64,000 nt of DNA. Origin: Hydrolagus colliei. Its lineage: Eukaryota. The notes beneath the pieces are model-generated. The model saw only the letters and a program-made list of their open reading frames with translations. It had not been told where the DNA came from and ran no database searches. Each line of letters opens with the position of its first letter. Position 1 is the stretch's first letter. Position numbers and translations under genes: made by a program. Positions 51,725 to 64,000 of the stretch are shown here, piece by piece. The stretch spans positions 2,294,001 to 2,358,000 of the forward strand of contig CM068760.1 in assembly GCA_035084275.1 (NCBI GenBank), in the 5' to 3' direction.

Positions 51725-54593
51725 AGCTGGCTCGCTCTGCACAGCATGAATCCACACCTCACACAGTATTACAAACTGACCAATTTATTTTCAATCCCTT
51801 TCCCGACCTTCAACGGTGGGGGGGCGGGGGGGAAAGAAAAAAAAAACCCACATAGATAAATCTCCGAGATGGCTTTAGCACAAAGCTGTGAGCTCTCTAT
51901 TGTTTCTCCAAACACAAATTTACGTTTCTCTGATTTAGGCAATGACTGTTGTATAAATATAATTCATATAATTTATATGGATACATAAAACAAAACCATC
52001 TTAATCCTTAGCATGTGAACCATTTGAAGGGATTTCTTCGGCTATTCAGACCATAACTGAGGATTGAATGAAACGCGCACAAAGGTTCTCTTTTTTATAT
52101 ATAAAAAAATTGATAAAATTCGAATCGCGATTTTTCAGGGGGGGATACACAGCGGGCGCCGATTCTATAAATCCCGTCTCCACACACACAAAAATCATCC
52201 AATTTACAGTGGTTTTTACATGAAAGACGGAGCATTCTCTGGCTGTCAGCTATGTGATCTGAAATAAACAGACTTACATCTTGAGCAGGCCGCCTGCTGT
52301 GCTGGGAGCTCGCTATGATTGCACATAAAGCCGTCTATTCCCAATATTCAGTTCCCAGTCACCACCAAGCTGGAGACTCTGACCTTGGCCAATCCTCAGC
52401 TCCCTCACTAGGCTTGAATGGTAGTGTGAAACCGAGGCCTACTCTCCACTGCTTTGATACTAATCCTCCCAGACTGTGCACAATGGCACCCTACCTGGCC
52501 TGCTGACTATAGGCAGCGATGCTGGCTTTGAAGCAGGTGATGAATAGAGGCTTGCAGGACCCCAGATTTCCAGCAATCCCAGGCCACACAGCTGCTAGCA
52601 ACAGTCACTTAGATTTTTCTTCAGTTTTGGTTGATTTTCGTCGGGATGGTACTCGGACCAAAAGATAGAAGCCCGTTTTAAACACAGCCATTCTCTTGTC
52701 TAACAGCTGATGGCTAGCTCACACCCAATGTTTCTACATGCGCAGGACATTCTAAGCACACTTAACCCTTAAGCAACTTATAAACTGGAAACCGAATTCA
52801 ATGCCTTCTGTCCCACGGCATGATCTGAGCAGTACTTTCTCTCCCATTTACTACAGCCGCAGAAATGACAATGCTCTCACCCCCCCCCCCCCCTCCGCAC
52901 ACAAACTGAAAAAAGACGTAAAAGAAAAAAAAATCCCTGTCTGCTTCGCACAGCTTGTGTATCACTACATTACTAACCCACTTTGGAAAGAAGGCTCCAA
53001 TATTCATCAGTTGAGTTTCCCCGGCTCGCAATGAACCTGGTACCTTGCTGCTTCACAAACACAATACGTTCCTCTCCCCCCCCCCCCCCCCTTTAAATTA
53101 TTTAGCATGTCAAAAAGCAAGCCGCTTTCAAAAAATAAATAGGCAACACAGTGGAAGACAGTGAGAAAAATAGCCGATAGGGGACACGTAGGGCTAACAA
53201 TTTGGGGGCACATATCAGAAAGTGTTGAGAAAATAAACTTTTACTCATTAGAGCTGTTTATTTCTCAACGATAGAAGTAAAATCTTTAAAAACCTGAGCC
53301 AGTGTGGGCGGGTGTGGGGGATATATTTTGAGATTTGGAATTGTTGAGAAGTTAAAATATATTGTATTCTATTATAGGCTTATATCCTGTTAAAGAAACC
53401 GAGAAACAGCAATAGGACATTCAGCCCCTCAAGCCTGTTTTGCCAGTCTACAAGTTCAAGGCTTGCAGATATTTATAATAACCACAATATAAAATCCTAT
53501 AATATTCTCAAAACGGTAACAACATCTTGTACAGTCGGTGGCTGATAGCTGCAGACAGGAGCACACAGGATCTGTGTTGTACTGAGAGAGAGAGGGAGGG
53601 GAAACAAACCCGAGGGCCGGGGGACGGGCTGTGCAACTAAACGCACAAAAGAAAACTATTAATGATACTTTAAAGTGAAACCCAGCCCCGATTGGAAAAA
53701 GCAAAACAGACAAACTGAAACGTCGCTCAACATGACAGTTTAATTTTGTGTCACACACACACTCCAAATATTAGCCTAATATTAATCTCTGCTTCACACT
53801 GACGATCAGGCAGGTTGGGTCTGCAGGAGATGGCTGCTGCTTGGTGATGTCCAGATTATGTGGGGGGGATTCAATCCTCGTGGGATAGGAACACTTTAAA
53901 AGTATTAGGATTTGTGTAAGGAACTGTTGCACCGTGTGTCCGTCTGAGTAAAATAACTCTTCTGTCACAGGCACCTCTCAGAGAAGGCACCATCCCCTTG
54001 CAAGGCAACAACTGGGTCTAGACTCCAAGTGGCTTTTACATTCCCTTCAAAGTCACTGGTTACTGGGGAGACTGGGCATTGTGAAGTAGTTAGCCGAAGC
54101 AAATCGGCATGTTATAATCAGGGGAGAGTGTAAATGCGACATGGCGCTATAGGATGGAAACAAATCATCTCTGTGCTCTCTTACACTGGGCTCTATTTGA
54201 TCAAATTCACAAAATGATAATAAGAAGAATCCTTGCATTTGATATGGTGCCTTACACTGTGAAGTGGATTGACTGTACTTTGTGGGGGGAAGTATTTGTA
54301 AACAGCATATCTTTAGCTGCCCTGATGTGTCTGTCTCACGTTGAGGCTCTGAAACTCTGCTTAGATTCTGATCTAAATGGTCTTCTGCGAGGTCGGATTG
54401 TGGGCAAGGGAGACGTTGATATGAAGAGTGGCCGAGCAGAGCTCCAGAAGGTGAGACTGCCTGGTTACCTGCAGATCTCTCCACTGACAAAACCAGCTGC
54501 ACATCACGTAAGTTCGACCTCAATTAATCCCCTGCGACCAAGACACCAGAACTAAACTTCAGGCAAAAGTAAAAAGAATCTGATTAAACATAC

Positions 54594-54701
54594 TTGTTGT
54601 TCGGATCGCTGCTTGTGTTCCTCCAACTGCCTGGAGAATTCCTTTGATTGCTTCTCACGAACACATTTTGATCTGCTCAGATCTGCTTCAACCTTTTCCA
54701 T
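54594..54701 (-). CDS. CEP112: CEP112 coding exon (108 bp, MEKVEADLSRSKCVREKQSKEFSRQLEEHKQRSEQQ)
   Basis: Acceptor cttttctag, donor gtatg, phase 0/0. Matches CEP112 MEKVEADLTRSKSLREKQSKEF. Not in the ORF track; translated by hand. Confidence 0.93.
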
Positions 54702-57628
54702 CTAGAAAAGCCAAGAAAGAGAATATTTGATTTGGAGCTGCCATCACAGGGACAAAAATCTATAACTATTTCACAAAGCCAGCGCAGCTTTAAACACTCG
54801 CTGCCAGGATCAGGGTAACCTCGCCACCACCAGTTTATTTTAAAACCCAAACGAGAAACTTTTTTTGGGTGTGCGGAAAAAACATACGAATAAAAATGGC
54901 AGAATTAATCAAATCAGAACAGGAGCTGCAGCAAACTTCAAATACATTTAGCATTTTCTTTTGCATAAAGGCCGCCTCCTGTTACAAGTTCAGTCCCCAA
55001 GCCATCAGCACACTGATCTGGGTATGAATTATACAATGAAAATGAAGCCATTGTGTTAACCCATTGCTGGCCACAGAAACCGTATGATTCCTCTACAGTA
55101 TTAAGTTTTACTGAGTAAGGTACCACTCTCACCCCTAGTACAGAAGGTTGTGAGTTAATGCACTTACTTAGGGAGTTGAACTTAGTCCAGGTTGACGCTG
55201 CTCTACATTTCCTGGTGAGACTTCAGATATACAGACCTCACAGAAAGTTTCTGCAAGGAGGCCATTTGGTCAATCCTGTCTGGCAGCCAATTTGCCACAT
55301 CAAATGGAAGTCTTATTAATATCCCATAATATTTGTGCTGCTCAGGTGTTTTAATCAGTCCTCCTTTCCATTCATCCAACCTTAATAGGCCCTTATGGTA
55401 ATAAATGTCACACCCTTACCACCATCTGGAATGAAGAAATTTCTGCTAACCTTTGCCCTCAGGTATTAGTTAATATCTGAGTCCCATGTAGGAATTCCCT
55501 GCGCATCATTGTGACATGGTCTCGTAACCAGACCCGGTGATTGCATTCCTAGGTTAACCTGTCTTCTGTCGGTTCCACAGCGCAGACTGTAATGCCTCAT
55601 TTGAGTGAAATGTGCAATAGTTAATATCTAACAGATTTGTTGAGAAAGTTACCATGTCGGGCTTTATAGTTTTTACTTAAAAGCATGTGGTTTGGAAGCA
55701 ATTTATTCGTACGTATCGGCTCTGGGATCAATTAGTAACAGTGGAAAAGTGAATTCCTTCTCACAGAGTGTTTCCCAATTTATGGAAACAATCTCCTTGG
55801 CAAACTGAGCTGGCTCTTTACATGAATGGACAGTATTTCTGTGACATGTACCCACTCAATCTCTACTTCCAAATCCATTACCTGGTCAACTTTCACCTTC
55901 TGACTCAACAAGTGTCAGGAGCAGCCAAAGCAAAACAGCAGCACTTCTGGATGTGGTTGGATCTGCTCCTGTGATGATTTGGGCAGCCTTTGGAAATGTG
56001 TTCGCTAGTGACACCTAGGGGCAGTACCTCACCACATCATCACTGATAATAATCCCAACATCATCAGGATGAAAATTCAGAATATCGTTCAATAATTGCA
56101 GTGCCACCGGCTCTATTTATTTTTCTGTTACCGAGTAATTAGGGCCCAATAAAAGATCTCACATTGTATACCCGTGAGATTGGGGTTTGATTTTTGGTTA
56201 TTAATGGGAGGAATCCCATCAGAACTCACCCCATCCCTCCCCATTTGCTGTAAGAACACCTTTCTGAATGTAGATCCTGCAGGAGTGACGGTCAGCGAGA
56301 CCTACTCCCAGCCACTGAGCAGCCATTACGATTCTTCAGTTAGAAATCAAAGGTAAGAAACACTGCAAATTAGACACCTGTTACATTTCATGATGTCACG
56401 TTGTCCCCTAAACTGTTAAATGTCTGGCTGGCTGCAAAAGGAATAAAATTCCCGGACCACAATCTGTCTGTCACTGCAATTGAAACATATGGACAAAAAC
56501 TCTGTAATTCGGTTGCTAAAATCAAAGTCGGAAAAGAAAAGCAAGGTCCGGGTAATTTGAGTCCTGACCAGGATGGAAACTGAAGGACTGGAGTCCCTTT
56601 CTTGAGAGTGGGTTGAACTCCTTGCTTACAGTGAGGTTCTATATGACACACGAGCCAGTGCATTCCTGACTTGTTTACAGCATGTGTAACCTGCGCAGCC
56701 ATTTGAATTTACTATTGTCAGATCTTCAAAGGACTCAGTCTCCGCTTTAACCTAATAGGATTTGAGAGGACAAGTAGATTAAAGCACCTTTGATGCTTCT
56801 GACCCCAGTGCAGATGTTTTTATACCAGTTTTTAACCAACTCTAGCAGGGAGTCGAAAAGAAATACTCTCTTTTCTGGAAACATTTTTTGCACTCAGAAA
56901 AATTAGTGGCATGAAAAATTATGTTCCTTCCTAATTTTGCAGACTGTCATATCAAACATTCCCAAATCAGATACAGTTTGCATTGGGAGCAGTGAAGCTC
57001 TCTCCCTACACTCTCCGAGCCACCTGCTTTCACACCAGCCTTGGAAAAGCGTCCTCTGCTACAACAGTAAAATATTTCCGTATTGCAACCATCCCTGATG
57101 GATTGATTCTCAGAGTGAAGTTGGTAACTTGGTGCCAAATCGAAAGGCACTTCTGTAGGCACACAACGAGAAGAGGAGCTGGGTGAGAAGTCATTTCACA
57201 TCTGACCCTAAAAAAACAGTGCTTCAATAGGAGAGTGGAGAAAAGCCTGGCAATGAGGAAGTAGTAAGCCAAACACAGCCACTGGCTAATGGTCTGAGGA
57301 ATATCGGACCTATTGTGCTCTCTTTGCTGTAACATCTTAGAACAGGCCCTCAACATACACAACCGTTCTGAAGCCGTGTGTGTTAAGACATGGGTTTACG
57401 CTGAAATGGGCAGCTCAAAGTTCGCTTTTTGCTCTGGCACTAAATTCCAGATTAAATCCACCCGATGCTGCATACTCTTCGATCTCCTGCGGTTAAATAA
57501 AATCTGATGCGAGTTCCTTAACCTTGAAACCCTGGGCTTAATAATAGAAACCAGAAGCTGGCTGGTGTAAGCAGTGTCTCAACTTGGCAGACTACTTGGA
57601 ACCGAAGTGGGGGAAAAAAAAGCCTCAC

Positions 57629-57764
57629 CTGCTGTTTCATTTCAGAATAGACCTTGTCGGAGTTCAGGTCCACCTGCCTCTTAAACTCCTCCAGGGCTGC
57701 GTCCGCCTGCAGGGCTTGGAGCTTCTGCATCTCACTCCCTCTTGCCAGCTCGTCCGCTTTTTCA
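57629..57764 (-). CDS. CEP112: CEP112 coding exon (first exon seen in window; 136 bp, EKADELARGSEMQKLQALQADAALEEFKRQVDLNSDKVYSEMKQQ)
   Basis: Acceptor ccttttcag and donor CAG|gtgagg on minus strand. Peptide matches my recollection of vertebrate CEP112 (QADAALEEFKRQVELNSEKVYAEMKEQ). Confidence 0.93.
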
Positions 57765-59087
57765 CTGAAAAGGCAGAAAGGAATGTATAGGAACGTTGGT
57801 CTCTATTTTGTGTATCGCATCTTCTCACCTCATGGAAACATCTCATGGCGCTTTGCAGGATTTCGCTATAAAACATAGTGACCGTGTATATCTAGCCCAA
57901 CACAAGTGTTGAAGCCAACACTGCAGTCAATTTGCACTCAGCAATATCCCATAGAAAGCCATTAAGCAAATAACCAATTTTATCTGGAGGAGTGGTGCCC
58001 AGAACGGTGGCAGAAACTCTGTTTTCTTTTTGAATACTGCCAACCTGAGAAGCCAGACAGGACTGCTCAGGATCACAGTTTAACATCCCATCTAAAGGAC
58101 AGCATTTTACAGCAGTCTCAACCTAAAATATGACTTCAAAGTCCTAATCCAGATCTTAAATCCACAAGTAAATAGTGGATTTAAGGCCGATTTCTTTATC
58201 CTAACAGCCATTCTCGTATAGTAGAAACATTTCTAATTACAGTAAATTGAAAGGGCTCCAATCAATGCTATCCATGCTTCCCACACTGCAAGTAATGCGG
58301 TAAATAAATATAGACAGATACACACACACAAACAAAGTTCCCTAACACTGTGTCTGTGCTGCTTTACACATGGGTGAATTGGGCACAGTTGAGGTACTAA
58401 ATAAAGGATGGCCTATTGAACTCCATTGCCCAAGATAAATCACTGGCTTCAGCAAAGGAGAGGGAGGAAGGCAAGGACATAAAAAGAAATAGGTGAGGGG
58501 GAAAAATAAACCTGTTCTGCAACCAATCAGGCATTTCTTGTGACGCCTGTAAGCTCATTCCCAAACTGACTGACTCACTTGAGATCGGCACCTTTGATAT
58601 AAGTTCCAATCAAAACATTACTTTGAAATAAGATGATTAATAAAATATATACAAAAGTATAGAAGTACAGTGTGAAATGGGGAGTGTCACAACACATAAC
58701 TTTGAAACAAGGTGGAGCTCAGCCCTGGGGAAATGGGGGAGAATCAAAGTCACAAGTAGCGCCTTCTGGATTCCAGTATACACTTGAAGGCAGGAAGGTG
58801 TTGGTACTGATTGAGACGCATGGGATGAGCTGTATAGTTGTCAGTGGAAGAGCTTGATTTGATAAAGAGCTAAACCTCACCGACCGTGACTCAGTTAGTG
58901 ACTCTTTTGACTTGTTTGATTTGATCTCCAGTTTGTGCTGCAGCAGCGCATTTTAGCAATGGTCTGCACTGGGAATGCTTCAAATGGTCATCGGTGACCT
59001 CGAGTTATGGAGGGGAAACCAGTTACGGTTCTCGCTCCCAATCGCTGTTGTGATCCGCTCCTCGAGTTGAATGTGTGTATAGATTTA

Positions 59088-59419
59088 GTGGAGTCCTGTA
59101 GCTCAGTGGTTAGAACACTCGCGTCACAAGCGCGAGACCTGTGTTCGAATCTAGGCAGGTCAGGGTGAAATCTTGAGCAAGTTTCCTTACTCCACACACA
59201 CACACCTAATAATCCTAAAAAAAAACACAATAATAAAATGTGATCGTTTCAATCCACGACTGTTTGTGGGGACACTGCTTTGTGCAATTGGCTGCCACGT
59301 TTCGCCCACAAATGTACAGTCAATTCAAAATATCCTTTATAGGATAATCTGTGAAGCGCTTTGAGATATCTAGAAGACGTGAAAAGCGCTGCATCAAATG
59401 GAAGGATTATTATTATTAT
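59088..59419 (+). mobile_element. Near full-length young tRNA-derived SINE with Deu/SacSINE1-like 3' half and (TTA)n tail
   Basis: A box (TAGCTCAGTGG), B box (GTTCGAATC), body TGTGCAATTGGCTGCC, tail GAAGCGCTTTGAG...AAAGCGCT...GGATTATTATT. Similar copies occur at 4813, 39714 and 60121. Confidence 0.9.
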
Positions 59420-60120
59420 AGACTGAGAAGGTGGTGTGTAAGGCCTTCACTCTAACCCTCTATGGTCCTTGCACTTATGGTGCTGATGTTGTTCACTAGC
59501 GAAACTGTAACCCAGCAGAAGGAAAATTTAAACAGTTTCAGGAGAGGAGGGGAGAAATTTGACAACTCACATCCCAAAGTCATTTTATCCCCTATGTGCC
59601 TGAACGAGGTTAAATCATTCCTACCAAAAGCTGGGTTTCATTAGGATGCCACTCCATTTCTAATGTGATTCAGACAATTCTTCTCTCGCAAGGGTAGGAT
59701 TCATTACTGGTGCCACACAAACACACACCGAAACCCAGAGTGCAATGACTTGTACTGTACTGTTGTAATGATTCCCTCTGCAGCCACTTAGCAATGCAAC
59801 GTGAGATTGTGGGAATGTTACAAAACATTTAAGTGCAGGATTGCAACTGTTGCTGCCTGGAGCAGGAAACTCGTTCACCACTTTCTCATCTCTTAATTCT
59901 CTTGGAGCTGTGCTCTAAAGTTCCCCAGTCTTTCCCCATTTTCTCACTGGCAATTATATATTCTGCAATGGTGAGATGATGAGGACAATAACACATAGCA
60001 CTAATCAGCACCTCCCTTGGATTTGACACAATGTGCTACCCAGGAAATTGCTACCAAATGCAGTGTTGCATTCATTCACTGCAGTGAAAACAGGGCAGTC
60101 ATTTGTGTATTGCAAGCTGG

Positions 60121-60450
60121 TAATAATAATCGTCATCCTTGCAATTGATATCGCGCTTTTCACTTCTTCTAGACGTCTCAAAGCGCTTCACAGAATATAC
60201 TGTAAAGTGAATCGACTGTATATATCTGTGGGCGGAACGCGGCAGCCAATTGCGCACAGCGGCGTCCCCCACAAACAGCCGTGGATTGAAAATGACCAAT
60301 TTTGATTATTGTGGTTTTTTATGCAAGGATTATTATTAGGCGTGTGGAATAAGGAAACCTGCCCAATGTTTCGCCCAGACCTGCCTGGATTCAAACGCAG
60401 GTCTCACGCTTGTAAGGCGAGTGCTCTAACCACTGAGCTGCAAGACTCCA
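60121..60450 (-). mobile_element. Near full-length copy of the same tRNA-derived SINE, inverted relative to the 59088 copy
   Basis: Reverse complement aligns by eye over the whole length with 59088-59419. Confidence 0.9.
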
Positions 60451-61959
60451 GAATACAAGGTACCACACAAAGCCACGCAGTGTTCAGCAACATTTATTTG
60501 GGGGATTGTTGGGTTCATATGGCACTTCATATCCCACCCGAGGTTTGCTCTCTTGCCTTCTGGTGTCATTCGAATTTGTAAATTAACGTCTCGTTACACT
60601 CCACACTGCTCAAAGGGAAGCTGTGTTCTATTGCACAATCTGAAATATCAAAGGGAGAAATCTATGGCGTTCGTGTTGTTGCAACTCAGTCAATCTTTGT
60701 TCCCATGTTTAATGCAGCAGAGAAGTAAATAGATAATTGCTGTACACTCTGTACAATGCCAGTGACATTGCTGACCAGGGCAGTTGGCGGCGGCTCCAGC
60801 CACTGTTGTGTCATTGGGGGCAGAACGCCATGAGGTGACTGGAGATCGATGCAGTGGAGAGGGACTTTCCCATTGCAAACACATGGCAAGAGGAAATCAA
60901 TTAGCAATTCAAAGAGCACATAGACCAAAGTGTCAGCATCCAAACCGGATTCCTCACTCATGACAGCAGCTTTGAAGTCTTCTCTCGCTGTCATTAATGA
61001 GAAATTAAATTTGCACACTTCAACTTCCCTGGATTCCCTCCTCTGCCTCGCTGTCTGATTTCCTTTTGAAATGCAGTTGCTGGGGGGAGGAAAGCTGCTT
61101 CATTACATTTTAAATGTAGGCGCAGCCGCCTCCAGCATCTCTGCCACTGCCCGAGCTTCTCACACTCAGGCACTGAGCGCTGGGCATCTCTCTACATTCT
61201 CCTGCCTCGCTCTGGGGTCCCTTATGAAATCTCCAAGCTGGTAAAGGGTCGGTCTTGACACGCAAAGACCTAAAACACTGGACACACAAAGCAGCAACAC
61301 CACTCAGTCTGCCATTGCCATACACAGGAGTGCTCCAAACCGGTACTGACTGGGCACGAGATAGATGTGTGTTATACAACATTTGGTTGCCTACAAACGC
61401 AGTCACTACACTTGACAACAATCAAGTGTCAAGAGCTTCCAGATGCACCAACCCCATGGGTTATATCAATTGCAATAATTATTGAAACAGAATATCTTTT
61501 GAACCATTGCTTTAACAGTTGCTGGCAAGACGCAAGCTGCCAGCTTTGTCGCAGGGTTCTGTGCCATTTTCAAAATGATATTCTTGCTCCAGCAGAGAGA
61601 TCGAATAGGATCATAGATTGAGTTGACTTTAAGGAATTATTGACCCTCCTAGCTGAACATCAGAGAAGACAGTCATTCACCCGAGGGTGCTTCAGCAATC
61701 AGGTCATCTCAACTGTGGTAATCGAGCCCCTTTGGTCAACTGGGCTCAGTCATTCATGCAAGCCAGCTCCACCCTATTGTATGATCGGCACTTATTGTTT
61801 AAGCACACATATTTAAAATATAAAAACAGATGTTCAAGATAATCGGAATTCTTTGCAAACATTTGAAGTTTAAAATAGCTCTCTGTGAGCGTGAGAGGCA
61901 ATAAGCCTGACATTTGTGAGAGGAATTGAGGGCCAGGCTGAGACAAAGTCATTTGTTGA

Positions 61960-62400
61960 GTTTAGATAAGTACAGTACCGAGGTTATTATGAGGTAATAC
62001 TGGTTTGGGGCTTTTCACAACACACATGTCAGTCCGTAAAATAATAACCTATCTATTGAAAAGTTAAGGGCGGAAATCTAGTGGAGGTTTTGAAAGCAAG
62101 CATAGGCTATTTCTCCCGATAGGCTAGTCAGTAACAAGAGGTCATAATGAAGATGATTACCAGAAGTGTGTGGGGGGGTGGGTAGAAGGAATATTCTTAC
62201 AGAGGCTCGATGGAATGTGGAATGCTTCACTCCACATGGCTGCTGCAACCAAGTCCATAACAGTTTTTAAAAGCAAACTGGATAAATACTTGGGAGGAAA
62301 AATAATAACTCCATACAGTATATGGGGAAAGAGCAAGGAAAGGATTGGAGAAGATATCTCCAGACACACTGCACTAACAGGCTTCATAGTGTGCTATAAA
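61960..62400 (+). mobile_element. CR1-type LINE 3' fragment, degenerate
   Basis: TRGH-like motif (ACAAGAGGTCAT), then FLQRLDGMWNA...SITVFKSKLDKYL, resembling the CR1 ORF2 C-terminus. Confidence 0.7.
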
Positions 62401-63559
62401 GTTGCCATGATACTAAGCCACTTATGGTTAGAATTCAACAAGCTGTTAAGTTACTGAAGGGATGAGGTTGTGGTCATTTCAAATAGACAACCAGCAATGA
62501 GGGCCAGTGTTGATTTTGATCAGGAGTGAATTTCTCTAGTTTTCTACTTACTTTCCTGAGACCAATATAGTGGCAAGTTTCCAAAAGCTGCCGATATTCA
62601 CAAACCATTCTAACTTTAAGTATTATGGTTTAAGATGTATTTAACATCAGAGTAATTTGGTCGAATTACTGACTGGTAACAACTTGCAGATTGCTCACTA
62701 TCCTGCACTTCTCCCATTCCCTTAGAGCAATGCTGCAAATAGCCCCCAAATCCAAGCAATTACATTAAAAAAACCCAAAGAGAACCTCCTATAAAACATT
62801 CATAAGGTTTTATGTTTTTTTAATCAAAGCTGCTGAATTTTGCATCTATTACAACAGCAAACACACTTTCTCTCCCAATGCTGTGGCACAGAGCTTCGCT
62901 TAATTTGGAATGTGCGTAAAATGGGTTGGAATTTGAGAGATTGACTGAAGCTAGAACTACCTGACAAGGGCTCCTTATGTAGAGTCAATTGATATATAAT
63001 AATATGATTCCTAGCTGTGACCAGATATTGTACATCTATATCAGAATGCTATTCTATCCTTGATATGGGATAATATTCGCACACAATGATTCTGTGACTT
63101 GGAAAAGAAAACAGAAACAAATGGAAGACTAGTCTTTCTTTACAATGGAGGTTGACCCCCTTCTTCATGTCCACAGGGCAAGCTTGTGTTCGTTCAATAA
63201 ACTGTACAGCCAGACCGGAGACAAACACTTCAGCGAAATGGTCTAGAATTGATCTCCGAGGTAACACCTTGTGTAAATAGACAAATAACTGTATTAAACA
63301 GGTTGGACAAAAGAGAAAGATCGTTCTTCAAAGCTTTGTGTAATTTCAACAATTACACAATTAACAGGACTGTTGTTTTGAGCCAAGAATTTCAAGAGCG
63401 AGGCAGATTGCACCACTAGTTATGGTTCGAAGTCTCAAGTGGAAACTTTTAAGTGCGAGGTTCATTCACTCTCCTCTGTAATCACCAGACTGCTTATAAA
63501 ATGTGTCGAAAGATTGTAATTTGAGGCACCTTCCAACCAGATTACTGGTGTGGAAGCAT

Positions 63560-64000
63560 GACTCTTACTTCTAACCACTAACTCTCCTGCGTCCACCTTC
63601 CCTCGCCACTCCCATCCTCTCCTACAATTCCAACTGTGAGATGCTAGACTTCCTCAAATCCCAAATCAAGGGGGTTCCGTTCAGCCACCTCTTCCCCATC
63701 CACTGCTGCCCACCTCAGAACCTCTCACTCATAACACTGCCCCCATCCATCCCCCCTATACACCTTCGAGCCTATCTCTCCCTCACATTATAATCTCCAA
63801 AATGAAGCCTAAAACCTGCACCCTCGACCTCATCCCCACTTCTCTCCTCACCTCCACCTCCTGTCTCCTCTCCTAACAAACATCATCAACTTCTTCTTAT
63901 CCACTGTCACTGTTCCCACCCCCTCTAAAAAAAAGCTGTCATCACCCCCATCCTGAAAAAACCTTCCCTGGACCCATCCTTACTCTGCAGTTACCACCCC
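63560..64000 (+). mobile_element. L2-clade LINE ORF2 fragment (just before the RT domain), frameshifted, runs off the window
   Basis: Hand translation gives KPKTCTLDLIPTSLL...NIINFFLSTVTVP...KAVITPILKKPSLDPS, the typical L2 pre-RT motif. Confidence 0.8.

Noticed and set aside
51439-51855. Proline-rich and glycine-rich ORFs (also 11164-11373 and 19-237)
   Set aside because: They are translations of simple C/G-rich repeats, with no splice or homology support.
58155-58185. Perfect 11-bp hairpin CTTAAATCCAC/GTGGATTTAAG
   Set aside because: It is isolated and sits at the edge of a decayed SINE, with no supporting motif. A local inversion or chance explains it.
59090-59162. tRNA-like cloverleaf with A and B boxes (also at 4815, 39716 and 60378)
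   Set aside because: The anticodon differs among copies (TAC, TGC, CAC), the acceptor stem is imperfect, and each continues into the SINE body. These are SINE heads, not tRNA genes.
57765-64000. Next upstream CEP112 exon
   Set aside because: I found no phase-compatible coiled-coil exon with convincing splice sites by eye. It probably lies beyond the window.
1-64000. Window-wide enrichment of TCF/LEF sites
   Set aside because: WWCAAAG is expected many times by chance in 64 kb of AT-rich DNA. Only local clusters were kept, as low-confidence candidates.

Overview
This is eukaryotic, intron-rich vertebrate DNA, not a prokaryotic window. The repeat content (Deu-domain/SacSINE1-like tRNA SINEs, L2 and CR1 LINE fragments, Penelope-type terminal repeats) suggests a cartilaginous fish, possibly a chimaera; that is inference. 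The only protein-coding gene I can support is the 3' part of CEP112 (CCDC46, centrosomal coiled-coil protein) on the minus strand. I located ten exons between 57764 and 6782 by GT-AG boundaries and reading-frame continuity; they encode about 376 C-terminal residues ending ...VTSYRNRR*. The upstream exons were not found in the window. Nearly all other ORFs in the track are chance ORFs or decayed LINE pieces. Points worth a second look: AG|GTAA junctions at the last two exons that could allow recursive splicing; a degenerate Penelope-type minimal hammerhead ribozyme and a palindromic derivative of it; a hAT-Charlie MITE with TIRs and an 8-bp TSD; many ~60-nt solo L2 stem-loop tails; inverted SINE pairs around exons; and clustered TCF/LEF motifs on the side where AXIN2 lies in mammals. 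I found no convincing evidence of a wholly new biological system.
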